Source: Alphaproteobacteria bacterium (GTDB lineage: Bacteria > Pseudomonadota > Alphaproteobacteria > JACZXZ01). From it: DNA of 64,000 nt. This document shows, in pieces, positions 46,572-61,186 of this stretch. A program made the translations under genes and the position numbers. The notes under the pieces were generated by a model. It saw only the letters and a program-made list of their open reading frames with translations, ran no database searches and had not been told where the DNA came from. How positions within the stretch are numbered: position 1 is the first letter of the stretch; the number at the start of each line of letters is the position of its first letter. Location: the NCBI GenBank assembly GCA_052143835.1, contig JBKQRV010000067.1:1461-65460 (forward strand). The letters run 5' to 3'.

Positions 46572-47408
46572 TTATGGCGTCCTCGTTGTCGCTAGAGCAG
46601 CCTGCGTCTCGGGAGGCGGCGATTCCGCGGCGAGCGTATCCATCACGAGAAGTCCGGCGTCGATGTTCGCGAAGCTGGATTGCCCGGGGAATCTGCCCGC
46701 ATCGACGACCGCTTCACGGCGCTGCAGATAGAGGCTGCGCAAAGAGGCATAGTAGTCGACCGAGGTGCGCTCGATCGAATCGAGGGTGTCGAGATATTCG
46801 GCGCGCTGGTCCACGGCGGAGGTTGCCGACCTGCTGTAACCGGCTACGGTGATGGCGACTCCCCCGCCCGCGAAGAAGAACGGATTGGCGACGAAGCCAA
46901 TGACCAATCCGACCGCGTCCCTCAGGTCAGAGGGGCCGAAGAAGGGCAATTCGACGAAGGGCCCCTCGGGGATGCCCCATACCCCGAAAGTCTGACCGAA
47001 GTCGGCGTCGTGGTGCTTGAGGCCCCAATTCGACGCCACATCCATGATGCCAACCGCACCCGCCGTCGTATTCACCACGAAGCGGCACACCGCCGCCCAA
47101 GCGCGGTCGAAATTGCCCTGCAGGACGTCGTTGAGGCCGACGACGGGCTCATTCAGGTTGCTGAGCACGTTGTGGATACCGTGGCGAACGTCCTCGGGCA
47201 CCTCGTCGCGGTAGCTCTCGGCCACCGGCTTCATCACGTTGCGGTCGGCGAACTGATTGGCATCGAAGATGTCCCGGTTCACCGATTCGACGGGATCGTC
47301 GACCTCGCCCGTTTGAAGCTTGGCCCGGTCCGCGTTGGGACCTTCCGAGCATGCGGACAGGCACAAAAGCGCCGCCGCAACCAGCGTTATCTGCGCGGTT
47401 GCCTTCAT
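46572..47408 (-). CDS. mlaA: MlaA/VacJ-family outer-membrane lipoprotein
   Basis: Lipobox LLCLSAC after MKATAQITLVAAA; NRDIFDANQFADRNVMKPVA, NTTAGAVGIMDVA, GPSDLRD. Confidence 0.88.
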   Translation of the reverse strand: MKATAQITLVAAALLCLSACSEGPNADRAKLQTGEVDDPVESVNRDIFDANQFADRNVMKPVAESYRDEVPEDVRHGIHNVLSNLNEPVVGLNDVLQGNFDRAWAAVCRFVVNTTAGAVGIMDVASNWGLKHHDADFGQTFGVWGIPEGPFVELPFFGPSDLRDAVGLVIGFVANPFFFAGGGVAITVAGYSRSATSAVDQRAEYLDTLDSIERTSVDYYASLRSLYLQRREAVVDAGRFPGQSSFANIDAGLLVMDTLAAESPPPETQAALATTRTP

Positions 47409-47751
47409 GCCATGCGAATATTCGGTGGCCGTGATGCCCTCGTTGGACCTTAATGCCAGGGCAGCGGCGAGCTTCTTAAGAACACTTCCCATCATTCGCC
47501 CCCCGAAGGTGTGGGATGACGCCGGAAATTAGACCATGCAATTGTAAAAATGCTGTTAAAGTTATGGTCTTAGGAGGCCCAACAAGATCTGCGGCCCTTT
47601 TCTAGAGATGCCCTCCGAACTTTGGGTGGTGTCCTAATCCGAACGCCGCCCCGCCCAGCTCAAAAATCCGCTTACCACTCTATTTCGAAGGTTTGTCCAC
47701 CAATTCCTCCAGCAAGGTAACGTCGATCGTTGTGTGTCAGGAGGAAAGGGG

Positions 47752-47907
47752 TACGTGGATCGCATCCTGAAGGGCGACAGGCCGGGCGATCTGCCGGTCA
47801 AGCAGCCGACCAAGTTCGACCTAGTGATCGACCTGAAGACCGCGAAGGCTCTCGACATCGCCATCCGGCCGTCGCTCCTCGCCACCGCGGACGAGGCGAT
47901 CGAATGA
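47752..47907 (+). pseudogene. C-terminal fragment (~51 aa) of an ABC-transporter substrate-binding protein
   Basis: Hand translation [51 protein letters not shown]. This matches the conserved C-terminus of a large SBP family. No upstream reading frame or start. Confidence 0.6.
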
Positions 47908-48128
47908 AGCTGCTATTTGCTGCGGTGCATGAGTCCGCAGCTGGCACGTCCCCGGAGTGTCGCGTGCCGCGAGTGACAGCCGCTTACGGTTCCAAAGCGG
48001 ACTCTGCCAAGCCGCTCTAAGACCCCTTTATGAGTCACTCCCTAGATCGCGTGTTCCAGAACCGCGCCCCTGCCATATGCTGCAGCGCACGCCCGGCCTT
48101 GCTCTTGCCCCCGAATCGCGCTACCTAG

Positions 48129-49199
<1,071 letters not shown>

Positions 49200-49269
49200 G
49201 CGTCTTGGTGCGCAGCGGCGCGCGCCGCAGCAGGCAAGAGCAAGCGAAGCAGGGCCGGGGGAAGCCGAG

Positions 49270-50436
49270 ATGAACATCCATGAGTACCAGGCCAAGACGC
49301 TGCTTGCCAAATATGGCGTCGCGGTGCCGAGGGGCGGGGTCGCCTACACCGCCGCCGAGGCCGAGCAGGTGGCGAAGGAGCTCGGCGGGCCCGTCTGGGT
49401 GGTCAAGGCCCAGATCCACGCGGGCGGACGCGGCAAGGGCGGCGGCGTCAAGCTCGTCAAGTCGGTCGAGGAGGTGCGCGAGACCGCCAAGAAGATGATC
49501 GGGATGACGCTCGTCACCCATCAGACCGGCCGAGAAGGCAAGGCGGTGAAGCGCGTCTATATCGAGGAGGGCTGCGACATCAAGCGCGAGCTCTATCTCG
49601 GCGTGCTGATCGACCGTGCCACCTCCCGGGTCACCCTCATGGCCTCGACCGAGGGCGGGGTGGAGATCGAGGAGGTGGCGGCGCGAGCACCCGAGAAGAT
49701 CCTTCGCGTGGCGGTCGATCCGGTCGTCGGGCTGCAGCCCTTCTATGCGCGCAAGATCGCCTTCGGCCTCGGCCTCGTCGGCCAGGAGGTCGCGTCTGCG
49801 GTCAAGTTCCTCTCCGGCATGTACAACGCCTTCGTCGGCCTCGATGCGAGCCTCGTCGAGATCAATCCGCTGGTGATCACGGGGAAAGGCGAGGTCGTGG
49901 CCCTCGATGCCAAGATGAACTTCGACGACAACGCGCTCTTCCGTCATCGCGACATAGCCGATCTGCGCGACGAGGACGAGGAGGACCCGACCGAGCGCGA
50001 GGCGTCGCGCCACGACCTCAACTACGTCAAGCTCGACGGCAACATCGGCTGCATGGTGAACGGCGCCGGGCTCGCCATGGCGACGATGGACATCATCAAG
50101 CTCTACGGCGGCGAGCCGGCCAATTTCCTCGATGTCGGCGGCGGCGCGACCAAGGAGCGCGTCACCACCGCCTTCAAGCTGATCCTCTCCGACGCCAACG
50201 TCGAGGGCATCCTCGTCAATATCTTCGGCGGCATCATGCGCTGCGACGTGATCGCGGAGGGAGTCGTCGCGGCCGCGCGCGAGGTGAGCCTCCACGTGCC
50301 GCTCGTCGTCCGCCTCGAGGGCACCAATGTGGAGCTCGGCAAGAAGATCCTCGTCCAGTCGGGCCTTCCCATCGTCTCCGCCGACAATCTCGCCGACGCC
50401 GCCGAGAAGGTGGTGAAGGCCGTCAAGGAGGCGTGA
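49270..50436 (+). CDS. sucC: Succinate--CoA ligase subunit beta
   Basis: [45 protein letters not shown]. Confidence 0.97.
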   Translation: MNIHEYQAKTLLAKYGVAVPRGGVAYTAAEAEQVAKELGGPVWVVKAQIHAGGRGKGGGVKLVKSVEEVRETAKKMIGMTLVTHQTGREGKAVKRVYIEEGCDIKRELYLGVLIDRATSRVTLMASTEGGVEIEEVAARAPEKILRVAVDPVVGLQPFYARKIAFGLGLVGQEVASAVKFLSGMYNAFVGLDASLVEINPLVITGKGEVVALDAKMNFDDNALFRHRDIADLRDEDEEDPTEREASRHDLNYVKLDGNIGCMVNGAGLAMATMDIIKLYGGEPANFLDVGGGATKERVTTAFKLILSDANVEGILVNIFGGIMRCDVIAEGVVAAAREVSLHVPLVVRLEGTNVELGKKILVQSGLPIVSADNLADAAEKVVKAVKEA

Positions 50437-50438
50437 GC

Positions 50439-51314
<876 letters not shown>

Positions 51315-51372
51315 CAATATGTAAGAGTGGGGCGCTATGATGAGTGGCGCGAGCCGGGGCCGTAGGCATGAC

Positions 51373-51476
51373 GTACCCCCACCCTAACCCTCCCCCTCAA
51401 GGGGGGAGGGGACGCTTTAGCAAATACCGAAATCTCCCCCTCCCCCTCGAAGGGGGAGGGTTGGGGTGGGGGTGAT
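51373..51476. repeat. Family A composite palindromic repeat, copy A3 (most complete)
   Basis: Outer arms ACCCCCACCCTAACCC / GGGTTGGGGTGGGGGT enclose hairpins CCCTCCCCCTCAAGGGGGGAGGG and CCCCCTCCCCCTCGAAGGGGGAGGG, separated by a ~25-nt spacer. Confidence 0.9.
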
Positions 51477-51520
51477 GCTTGGCATCGGGCCGGGCGACGC
51501 CAGGAGCAACCGGGCAGATC

Positions 51521-54406
<2,886 letters not shown>

Positions 54407-54439
54407 CGGAAGAGATCGGGCGAGGAGGGTGAGGACCCC

Positions 54440-55768
54440 ATGGCGACAAATATTGTGGTGCCGCAGCTCGGCGAGTCGGTGAGCGAGGCGACCGTCTCCA
54501 AATGGCTCAAGCGCGTGGGCGAGGCGGTCGCTGCCGACGACCCGCTCGTCGAGCTCGAGACCGACAAGGTGACGCTCGAGGTGCCTTCGCCCGTGGCGGG
54601 CACGCTCGGCGAGATCCTCGCCCCCGCGGGCAGCACGGTTGCGGTCGGCGCCACCTTGGCGGTGGTGGAGGTGGGGGGCACCGCCCCAACGCGAGCGCCG
54701 GCGCCGCCCAAGGCCGCCCCCTCGGCTGCCGCGCCAGCCAAGCCGGCGGCGGCCGCACCCGCGGTCGAGGAGGTGCTGTCGCCCGCCGTGCGCAAGCTCC
54801 TCGAGGAGAACGCGCTCCAGCCGGCCCAGATTCCCGCTTCGGGCAAGGACGGCCGGCTCACCAAGGGCGACGTGCTCGCCTACCTCGAGCGCCGCGCGAA
54901 GCCGGCGGCAGCGGCGCCCGCCGCAGCCGCTGCGGCACCTCCACGTGAGCCCGCTCCGGCGCCTCAGCCCGCTCCAGTACCCGAGCCCGCTCCGGCACTT
55001 CGGCCCGCTCCGGCCGCAGCACCCGCCGCGGCGGCGCCAGTGGCCGCACGGCCGGCAACAGAGGCGGGCGCGCGCGAGGAGCGCGTGCGCATGTCGCGGC
55101 TGCGCCGCACCATCGCCGCACGCCTCAAGGAGGCGCAGAACAACGCCGCCATGCTGACCACCTTCAACGAGGCGGACATGTCGGCGGTCTTGGCGCTGAG
55201 GAGCCGTTACCGCGACAGCTTCGAGAAGAAGCACGGCGTGCGTCTCGGCTTCATGTCCTTTTTCGTCAAGGCCTGCGTGGTCGGCCTCAAGGAGCTGCCC
55301 TCGGTCAACGCGCAGATCGACGGCGAGGACTTCGTCTACAAGAACCACTACGACTTCGGCATCGCGATCGGCAGCGGCCAGGGCCTGGTGGTCCCGGTGG
55401 TGCGCGACGTCGACGCGAAGTCCTTCGCCGAGATCGAGAAGGAGATCGCCGCCCTCGGCAACCGTGCGCGCGAGGGCAAGCTCACGATCGAGGAGCTGAC
55501 GGGCGGTACCTTCACCATCACTAACGGCGGCATCTACGGCTCGCTCAACTCGACGCCGATCATCAATCCGCCGCAGAGCGCCATCCTCGGCATGCACAAG
55601 ATCCAGGAGCGGCCGGTGGCGATCGAGGGCAAGATCGAGATCCGGCCGATGATGTATCTCGCCCTCTCCTACGATCACCGCGTCATCGACGGCCGCGAGG
55701 CGGTCAGTTTCCTCGTGCGCGTGAAGGAGTGCATCGAGGCGCCCGAGCGCATGCTGTTCGACATGTGA
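54440..55768 (+). CDS. sucB: 2-oxoglutarate dehydrogenase E2 (dihydrolipoyllysine-residue succinyltransferase)
   Basis: Lipoyl domain [14 protein letters not shown], Ala/Pro linkers, catalytic [14 protein letters not shown]. Confidence 0.97.
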   Translation: MATNIVVPQLGESVSEATVSKWLKRVGEAVAADDPLVELETDKVTLEVPSPVAGTLGEILAPAGSTVAVGATLAVVEVGGTAPTRAPAPPKAAPSAAAPAKPAAAAPAVEEVLSPAVRKLLEENALQPAQIPASGKDGRLTKGDVLAYLERRAKPAAAAPAAAAAAPPREPAPAPQPAPVPEPAPALRPAPAAAPAAAAPVAARPATEAGAREERVRMSRLRRTIAARLKEAQNNAAMLTTFNEADMSAVLALRSRYRDSFEKKHGVRLGFMSFFVKACVVGLKELPSVNAQIDGEDFVYKNHYDFGIAIGSGQGLVVPVVRDVDAKSFAEIEKEIAALGNRAREGKLTIEELTGGTFTITNGGIYGSLNSTPIINPPQSAILGMHKIQERPVAIEGKIEIRPMMYLALSYDHRVIDGREAVSFLVRVKECIEAPERMLFDM

Positions 55769-55898
55769 GGGTACCCCCCTCCCATCGGCCGCTCCTTAAC
55801 GGGCGGCCGCTCCCCCTCAAGGAGGCAGGGGAAGATGTTCGCACATCCAACAAAATTCCCCCTCCCCCTCGAAGGGGGAGAGTTGGGGTGGGGGTGAA
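55769..55898. repeat. Family A composite repeat, copy A4 (with an extra CGGCCGC/GCGGCCG hairpin inserted)
   Basis: GGTACCCCCCTCCC...CTCCCCCTCAAGGAGGCAGGGG...CCCCCTCCCCCTCGAAGGGGGAGAGTTGGGGTGGGGGTGA. Confidence 0.85.
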
Positions 55899-55924
55899 CC
55901 TTCTGAATATAGGGAGCTCACGGG

Positions 55925-57343
55925 ATGGCCGACTCATACGACCTCGTCGTCATCGGCGGCGGCCCGGGCGGTTACGTCGCCGCCATCCGTGCCGCCCAGC
56001 TCGGCATGAAGGTGGCGTGCGTGGATAAGCGCGGCAGCCTCGGCGGCACCTGCCTCAACGTGGGCTGCATCCCCTCAAAGGCGCTCCTCGAGTCGAGCGA
56101 GCGCTTCGCCGAGGCGGGCCACAGTTTCGCGCAGCATGGGGTCAAGGTCGGAAGTGTCGAGCTCGATCTCGGCGCCATGATGGCGCACAAGGACAAGGTC
56201 GTCGCCGACAACACGCGCGGCGTGGAGTTCCTCTTCAAGAAGCACAAGATCGCCTACGTGAAAGGCACGGGCCGTATTCAGCGCGCGGGCCTCGTCGAAG
56301 CGAGCTTGCTCGAGGGCGGGGACATGGGCCTCGCGGCGCAAAGCATCGTGATCGCGACGGGCTCGGACTCGACCCCCCTGGCTGGCGTCGAGGTCGACGA
56401 GAAGGCGATCGTGAGCTCGACGGGCGCACTCGCGCTCGAGGCTGTGCCCGGGCATCTCGTCGTCGTCGGTGCCGGCTACATCGGTCTCGAGCTGGGCTCG
56501 GTCTGGCTGAGACTCGGCGCGCAGGTCACCGTCGTCGAGTTTCTCGACCGCATCCTGCCCGGCATGGACGGCGAGATCGCCAGGCAGTTCCAGCGCCTGC
56601 TCGAGCGACAGGGCTTCAAGTTCCGCCTGTCGACAAAGGTGAGTGCGGCGAGGAGCGCAAAGAACGGCGTCGCGCTCACGCTCGAGCCGGCCGACGGAAG
56701 TGCGGGCGGCGCTGCCGCGGAGACGCTCGCCTGCGACGTGGTGCTGGTGTCGGTCGGCCGGCGACCCTTCACCCAAGGCCTCGGCCTCGAGGCGTTGGGC
56801 GTCGCCCTCGACAACCGCGGCATGGTCCAGGTCGACGAGCGCTTCGAGACCAACGTCAAGGGCATTTACGCCATCGGCGACGTGATCCGCGGCCCCATGC
56901 TCGCGCACAAGGCGGAGGACGAAGGGGTCGCCGTCGCCGAGATCCTCGCGGGCCAGAAGGGCCATGTGAACTACGAGGCGATCCCCGGCATCGTCTACAC
57001 CTTTCCCGAGGTGGCGGCGGTCGGCAGGAGCGAGGAGCAGCTCAAGGCGAGCGGCATCGCCTACAAGGTCGGCAAGTTCCCCTTCTCCGCCAACGCGCGC
57101 GCGCGCGCGGCCGCGACCACGGACGGCTTCGTCAAGATGCTGGCGGACGCCAAGAGCGACCGCGTGCTCGGCTGCCACATTCTCGGCCCCGACGCGGGTA
57201 CCCTCATCCACGAGGTCGTGGTGGCGATGGAGTTCGGCGGCTCGGCCGAGGACATCGCGCGCACCTGCCACGGCCATCCGACGCTCAACGAGGCCGTCAA
57301 GGAAGCCGCCCTCGCCGTCGGCGGCCGCGCGATTCATATCTGA
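55925..57343 (+). CDS. lpdA: Dihydrolipoyl dehydrogenase (E3)
   Basis: LVVIGGGPGGYVAAIRAAQLG, GGTCLNVGCIPSK, HGHPTLNE. Confidence 0.97.
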   Translation: MADSYDLVVIGGGPGGYVAAIRAAQLGMKVACVDKRGSLGGTCLNVGCIPSKALLESSERFAEAGHSFAQHGVKVGSVELDLGAMMAHKDKVVADNTRGVEFLFKKHKIAYVKGTGRIQRAGLVEASLLEGGDMGLAAQSIVIATGSDSTPLAGVEVDEKAIVSSTGALALEAVPGHLVVVGAGYIGLELGSVWLRLGAQVTVVEFLDRILPGMDGEIARQFQRLLERQGFKFRLSTKVSAARSAKNGVALTLEPADGSAGGAAAETLACDVVLVSVGRRPFTQGLGLEALGVALDNRGMVQVDERFETNVKGIYAIGDVIRGPMLAHKAEDEGVAVAEILAGQKGHVNYEAIPGIVYTFPEVAAVGRSEEQLKASGIAYKVGKFPFSANARARAAATTDGFVKMLADAKSDRVLGCHILGPDAGTLIHEVVVAMEFGGSAEDIARTCHGHPTLNEAVKEAALAVGGRAIHI

Positions 57344-57360
57344 GGACGCGCCCGAGCTCG

Positions 57361-57508
57361 GAATCATGGATACGTGATACACCCCCCTCCCTGCCCTCCC
57401 CCTCAAGGGGGGAGGGGAATTACGAGTATCATCGACAACTTCCCCCTCCCCCTCGAAGGGGGAGGGTGGGGAGGGGGTGACGCTCCAATTTTCGAGAGTC
57501 GGCACTAG
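57361..57508. repeat. Family A composite repeat, copy A5 (both halves plus the GAGAGTCGGCACTAG extension)
   Basis: Left half matches 27049-27110; right half matches 889-957. Confidence 0.9.
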
Positions 57509-57510
57509 AG

Positions 57511-58743
57511 ATGGCTGCAGGCGGCACCGCCGAAATCTCGGCCTTGCGCTTCGCCGCCGCGATGGTCGCGGCCGAGGTGCTCGGCATGCTCGGCATCTCC
57601 GCCTTCCCCGCCCTCCTGCCGAGCTTCACGCAAAGCTGGGGCCTGAGCGCCACCGAGGCCGGCTGGATCAGCGGGCTCTATTTCGCCGGCTATGTGGTGG
57701 CGGTGCCGCTACTCACCGCGGTCACGGACCGCATGGACCCGCGCCGCATCTATCTCGCCTCGACCGCCTTGGGCGGGATCGCCAATCTCGGCTTCGCCCT
57801 CACCGCGAACGGCTTCTGGAGTGCGGTCGGCTGGCAGGCGCTCGCGGGCATCGGACTTGCCGGGACCTACATGCCCGGGCTCAAGGCGCTCACCGACCGC
57901 ATCTCGGGCCGGATGCAGTCGCGCGCGCTCGCCTCCTACACGAGCGGCTTCTCGCTCGCGATCAGCATCTCCTTTCTCATGGCGGGCGAGCTGGCACCGG
58001 CCTGGGGTTGGCGCTGGGCCTTCCTCGTGCCCGCGGGCGGTGCTGCCGTCGCCTTCGCCATCGCCTGGCTCGCCCTCGTGCCCACGGCACTTCCGCAGGA
58101 GCGCCCGGGCACGCGCCGCCTTCTCGATTTCCGCCCGGTGCTGGCCAACCGCGCCGCGATGGGCTTCATGCTCGGTTATTGCTTCCACGTCTGGGAGCTC
58201 TTCGGCGTGCGCAGCTGGATGGTCGCCTTCCTCGCCTTCAGTGCCACCCTGCAGCCTGCCGGCAGCCCGATTTGGGAGCCGACCTGGATCGCGACCGGCA
58301 TGACCTTGCTCGGCGTCTTCTTCAGCATCGGCGGCAACGAACTCTCGCTGCGCTACGGCCGCCGGCCGACGCTCGCGGCGCTGATGTCGCTCTCGGCCCT
58401 CTTCGCCTGCGGCATCGGCTTCGCCGCCGCCTGGGACTATCGCCTCCTCGCCCTCCTCGCTCTCTTCTACGGCGCCCTGGTGATGGCGGACTCCGCCTCG
58501 CTCACGGCCGGCCTGGTCGAGGCGGCGACGCCCGGCCTTCGGGGTGCGACGATGGCGCTCTACTCCTCGGTCGGCTTCCTGGGCGGCTTCTTGGGCCCGC
58601 TCGTCTTCGGCAACGTGCTGGATCGCGCAGGTGGCGCGCATGACGTCCGTGCCTGGGGCCTCGCCTTCGCCAGCCTCGGCATCGCGGTCGCCTGCGGGCC
58701 GCTCGCACTCGCCTGGCTGAGACCGCGGCGCGGCCGGGGGTGA
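57511..58743 (+). CDS. MFS transporter
   Basis: 410 aa, about 12 hydrophobic segments; TDRMDPRRIYL loop motif. Confidence 0.85.
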   Translation: MAAGGTAEISALRFAAAMVAAEVLGMLGISAFPALLPSFTQSWGLSATEAGWISGLYFAGYVVAVPLLTAVTDRMDPRRIYLASTALGGIANLGFALTANGFWSAVGWQALAGIGLAGTYMPGLKALTDRISGRMQSRALASYTSGFSLAISISFLMAGELAPAWGWRWAFLVPAGGAAVAFAIAWLALVPTALPQERPGTRRLLDFRPVLANRAAMGFMLGYCFHVWELFGVRSWMVAFLAFSATLQPAGSPIWEPTWIATGMTLLGVFFSIGGNELSLRYGRRPTLAALMSLSALFACGIGFAAAWDYRLLALLALFYGALVMADSASLTAGLVEAATPGLRGATMALYSSVGFLGGFLGPLVFGNVLDRAGGAHDVRAWGLAFASLGIAVACGPLALAWLRPRRGRG

Positions 58744-58762
58744 ACCTCACCGCGGCCGCAAA

Positions 58763-59719
58763 TTACCCCCGTGCGCGCGGATGCGCCTTCTCGTAGACGG
58801 CGATGAGGGTCTCGGCCTCGACCTCAGTGTAGCGCTGCGTAGTCGAGAGCGAGGCGTGGCCGAGGAGCTCCTGGATCGTGCGCAGGTCGCCGCCGGCGGC
58901 CAGGAGATGGGTGGCGAAGCTGTGGCGGAGCGCGTGCGGCGTCGCACTCTCGGCGAGGCCGAGCCAGACGCGCAATTTCCGCATCTGGCGCTGCACGATG
59001 GCGGGATCGAGTGCCGCCCCCCGCGCGCCGAGAAAGAGTGCGCCGCTCGGGCCGGGGTCGTAGGGGCAAAGTGCCAGATAGCGGGCGATCGCCTCGCGCA
59101 CGACCGGGAGCACCGGTACCAAGCGCTCCTTCCGTCCCTTGCCCAGCACGCGCAACGTGTCGCCCCCGGGGGCCTCGTGGCGCTTGAGCCCCAACGCCTC
59201 GCCGATGCGCAGTCCGCCGCCGTAGAGGAGTGTGAAAATCGCCACGTCGCGTGCCGCGATCCAAGGCACCTCCGAGAGCACGGCCGCCTTGTCGATGACC
59301 TCGGCGGCATCCGCGACCGTGAGCGCCTTGGGCAGCGAGCGTGGCAGCTTGGGCGTGCGCACGGCGCGCACCGCCGCCGCATCCGCGAGCCCGCGGCGCT
59401 CGCAGAAGCGGAAGAAGCTGCGCAGCACCGAAAGTGCCCGCGCGCTCGAGCTGCGCGCAAGCCCGTCCATCGTGCGCCGCGCGAGCCAGGCGCGGAAGTC
59501 GGCCGCACGCAACGCCGCGAGCGAGGCGAGCCTTGGCGCCTCGCCGAGATGCCCGGCCAAGAAGGCCATGAAGCTCGCGAGGTCGCGGCCGTAGGCCTCG
59601 ACCGTGTGGAGGGAGGCGCGCCGCTCGTTGGCGAGCCAGCTCTGCCATGCCATGATTGCCGCGCGCAGGTCCGCGGCCGCGGTGAAGGCTTCGGCGCCTA
59701 GAGGGGCAGGTCCAGCCAT
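58763..59719 (-). CDS. xerC: Site-specific tyrosine recombinase XerC (XerC versus XerD not resolved from sequence alone)
   Basis: SLHTVEAYGRDLASF, GLRIGEALGL, HALRHSFATHLL, LLGHASLSTTQRYT. The adjacent DUF484 gene is the E. coli yigA-xerC arrangement. Confidence 0.85.
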   Translation of the reverse strand: MAGPAPLGAEAFTAAADLRAAIMAWQSWLANERRASLHTVEAYGRDLASFMAFLAGHLGEAPRLASLAALRAADFRAWLARRTMDGLARSSSARALSVLRSFFRFCERRGLADAAAVRAVRTPKLPRSLPKALTVADAAEVIDKAAVLSEVPWIAARDVAIFTLLYGGGLRIGEALGLKRHEAPGGDTLRVLGKGRKERLVPVLPVVREAIARYLALCPYDPGPSGALFLGARGAALDPAIVQRQMRKLRVWLGLAESATPHALRHSFATHLLAAGGDLRTIQELLGHASLSTTQRYTEVEAETLIAVYEKAHPRARG

Positions 59720-60417
59720 GCGCGGATGCTGATCTCGACGACGCGCGCGAGAAAGCCGAGAAGCTCCGTGCCCTGGCCCGGATGGAAGCGGCTCTCCTTG
59801 CGCGAGCCGAGGGCCAAGAGGCCGACCGGCGTCGCCGGGCTGATCTTGAGGCGCATCATCGCGTCGGAGCGCACGAGGGCCGCACCTGCGCCGAAGATGG
59901 CGCGCTCGCCGCGCACGCTCTGGCGCAAGAGCAGGTCGCGCGCGGGGCCGAGGAGGCGGTCGACGGCACCGCGGTCGAGCAGGCGCACGCCGGTCGTCTC
60001 GCAGCGCGGCGGCGGGCTTCCCGTGGCCTCGATGCAGAGTGAGGCCACGTCGACGCCGAGGAAGACCGGCAAATCGATGGTGGTCACTTGGATGAGGTGC
60101 TCGAAGCTCGGCGCCCCCATGAGCGCCAGCACGGCACGATGCACGCGCGCCTGGCTCTTGAGGTTGAGGCGCGCGAGCCCGACCATCTGCTGGCCCTCCT
60201 CCTCGAGCTCGCGCAGGCGCCGCTTGAGGCGCTCCGCCATGAAGCGCTGCAGGTCGACGATGCGGTCCCCGCTCTCGCGCTCGAGGCTCAGGAGGGGGGC
60301 GAGCAGCTCGGCGTGCTCGGCAAGAAACTCGGGATGCGCGCGCAGATAGGCGAGGACTTGGGAATCGTCCAGGCCGCTCTCGAGCTCGGGGGTCGCTTGT
60401 TCGTTAGGCTTTTGCAA
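59698..60417 (-). CDS. DUF484-family protein (YigA-like)
   Basis: [19 protein letters not shown] and a GAF-like remainder. No ATG/GTG near the expected N-terminus, so in-frame TTG 60417 is proposed, overlapping the tal stop by 14 nt. Confidence 0.7.
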   Translation of the reverse strand: MQKPNEQATPELESGLDDSQVLAYLRAHPEFLAEHAELLAPLLSLERESGDRIVDLQRFMAERLKRRLRELEEEGQQMVGLARLNLKSQARVHRAVLALMGAPSFEHLIQVTTIDLPVFLGVDVASLCIEATGSPPPRCETTGVRLLDRGAVDRLLGPARDLLLRQSVRGERAIFGAGAALVRSDAMMRLKISPATPVGLLALGSRKESRFHPGQGTELLGFLARVVEISIRAWLDLPL

Positions 60418-61096
60418 CGGCGCGCGGTCCCTGTTCGTGTCCGAGGATCGACTGGCCCGTCTTGGCCCAGTCGGCGAGGAATTGGGCGAGGCCCTTGTCG
60501 GTGAGCGGATGGACGAAGAGCTGGCGCAAGACCTGCGGCGGCAAGGTCGCGACGTGGGCGCCAAGCCGCGCCGCCTCGACGACGTGCAGCGGATGGCGCA
60601 CGGAGGCGACCAGCACCTCGGTCTTGAAGCTCGGATATTGGCGATAGATCGCGACGATGTCGCGGATGAGCTCGATGCCCGGCTGGGAGACGTCGTCGAG
60701 GCGGCCGATGAAGGGGGAGATGAAGGAGGCCCCCGCCTTGGCCGCGAGGATCGCCTGGGCGGGCGAGAAGCAGAGCGTCACGTTGACCATGCTGCCCTCG
60801 TCCGAGAGCGCCTTGCAGGTCTTGAGCCCGTCCATCGTGAGCGGCACTTTGACCGCCACGTTCTTGGCGAGCCGCGCCAAGCGGCGGCCCTCGGCCAGCA
60901 TCGTCGCATGGTCGACGGCCGTCACCTCCGCACTGACGGGGCCGGAGACTATCGCGCAGATCTCCTGGATGACGTCGAAGAACTTCTTCCCAGTCTTGGC
61001 GACGAGCGAGGGGTTGGTGGTGACGCCGTCGAGAAGGCCGGTGGTGGCGAGCTCGCGGATTTCCCCCAAGTCGGCGGTATCGACGAAGAACTTCAT
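60404..61096 (-). CDS. tal: Short transaldolase / fructose-6-phosphate aldolase family protein
   Basis: [39 protein letters not shown]. Confidence 0.92.
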   Translation of the reverse strand: MKFFVDTADLGEIRELATTGLLDGVTTNPSLVAKTGKKFFDVIQEICAIVSGPVSAEVTAVDHATMLAEGRRLARLAKNVAVKVPLTMDGLKTCKALSDEGSMVNVTLCFSPAQAILAAKAGASFISPFIGRLDDVSQPGIELIRDIVAIYRQYPSFKTEVLVASVRHPLHVVEAARLGAHVATLPPQVLRQLFVHPLTDKGLAQFLADWAKTGQSILGHEQGPRAVAKA

Positions 61097-61186
61097 GGCG
61101 GCCCCACTCGTTTCGGAAGACGTCCGCTCGCTCAGCCTACCCGGGGGCGTTCCGTCGTCCCCCGTTTCCGGCTACTACTGTAGCCA

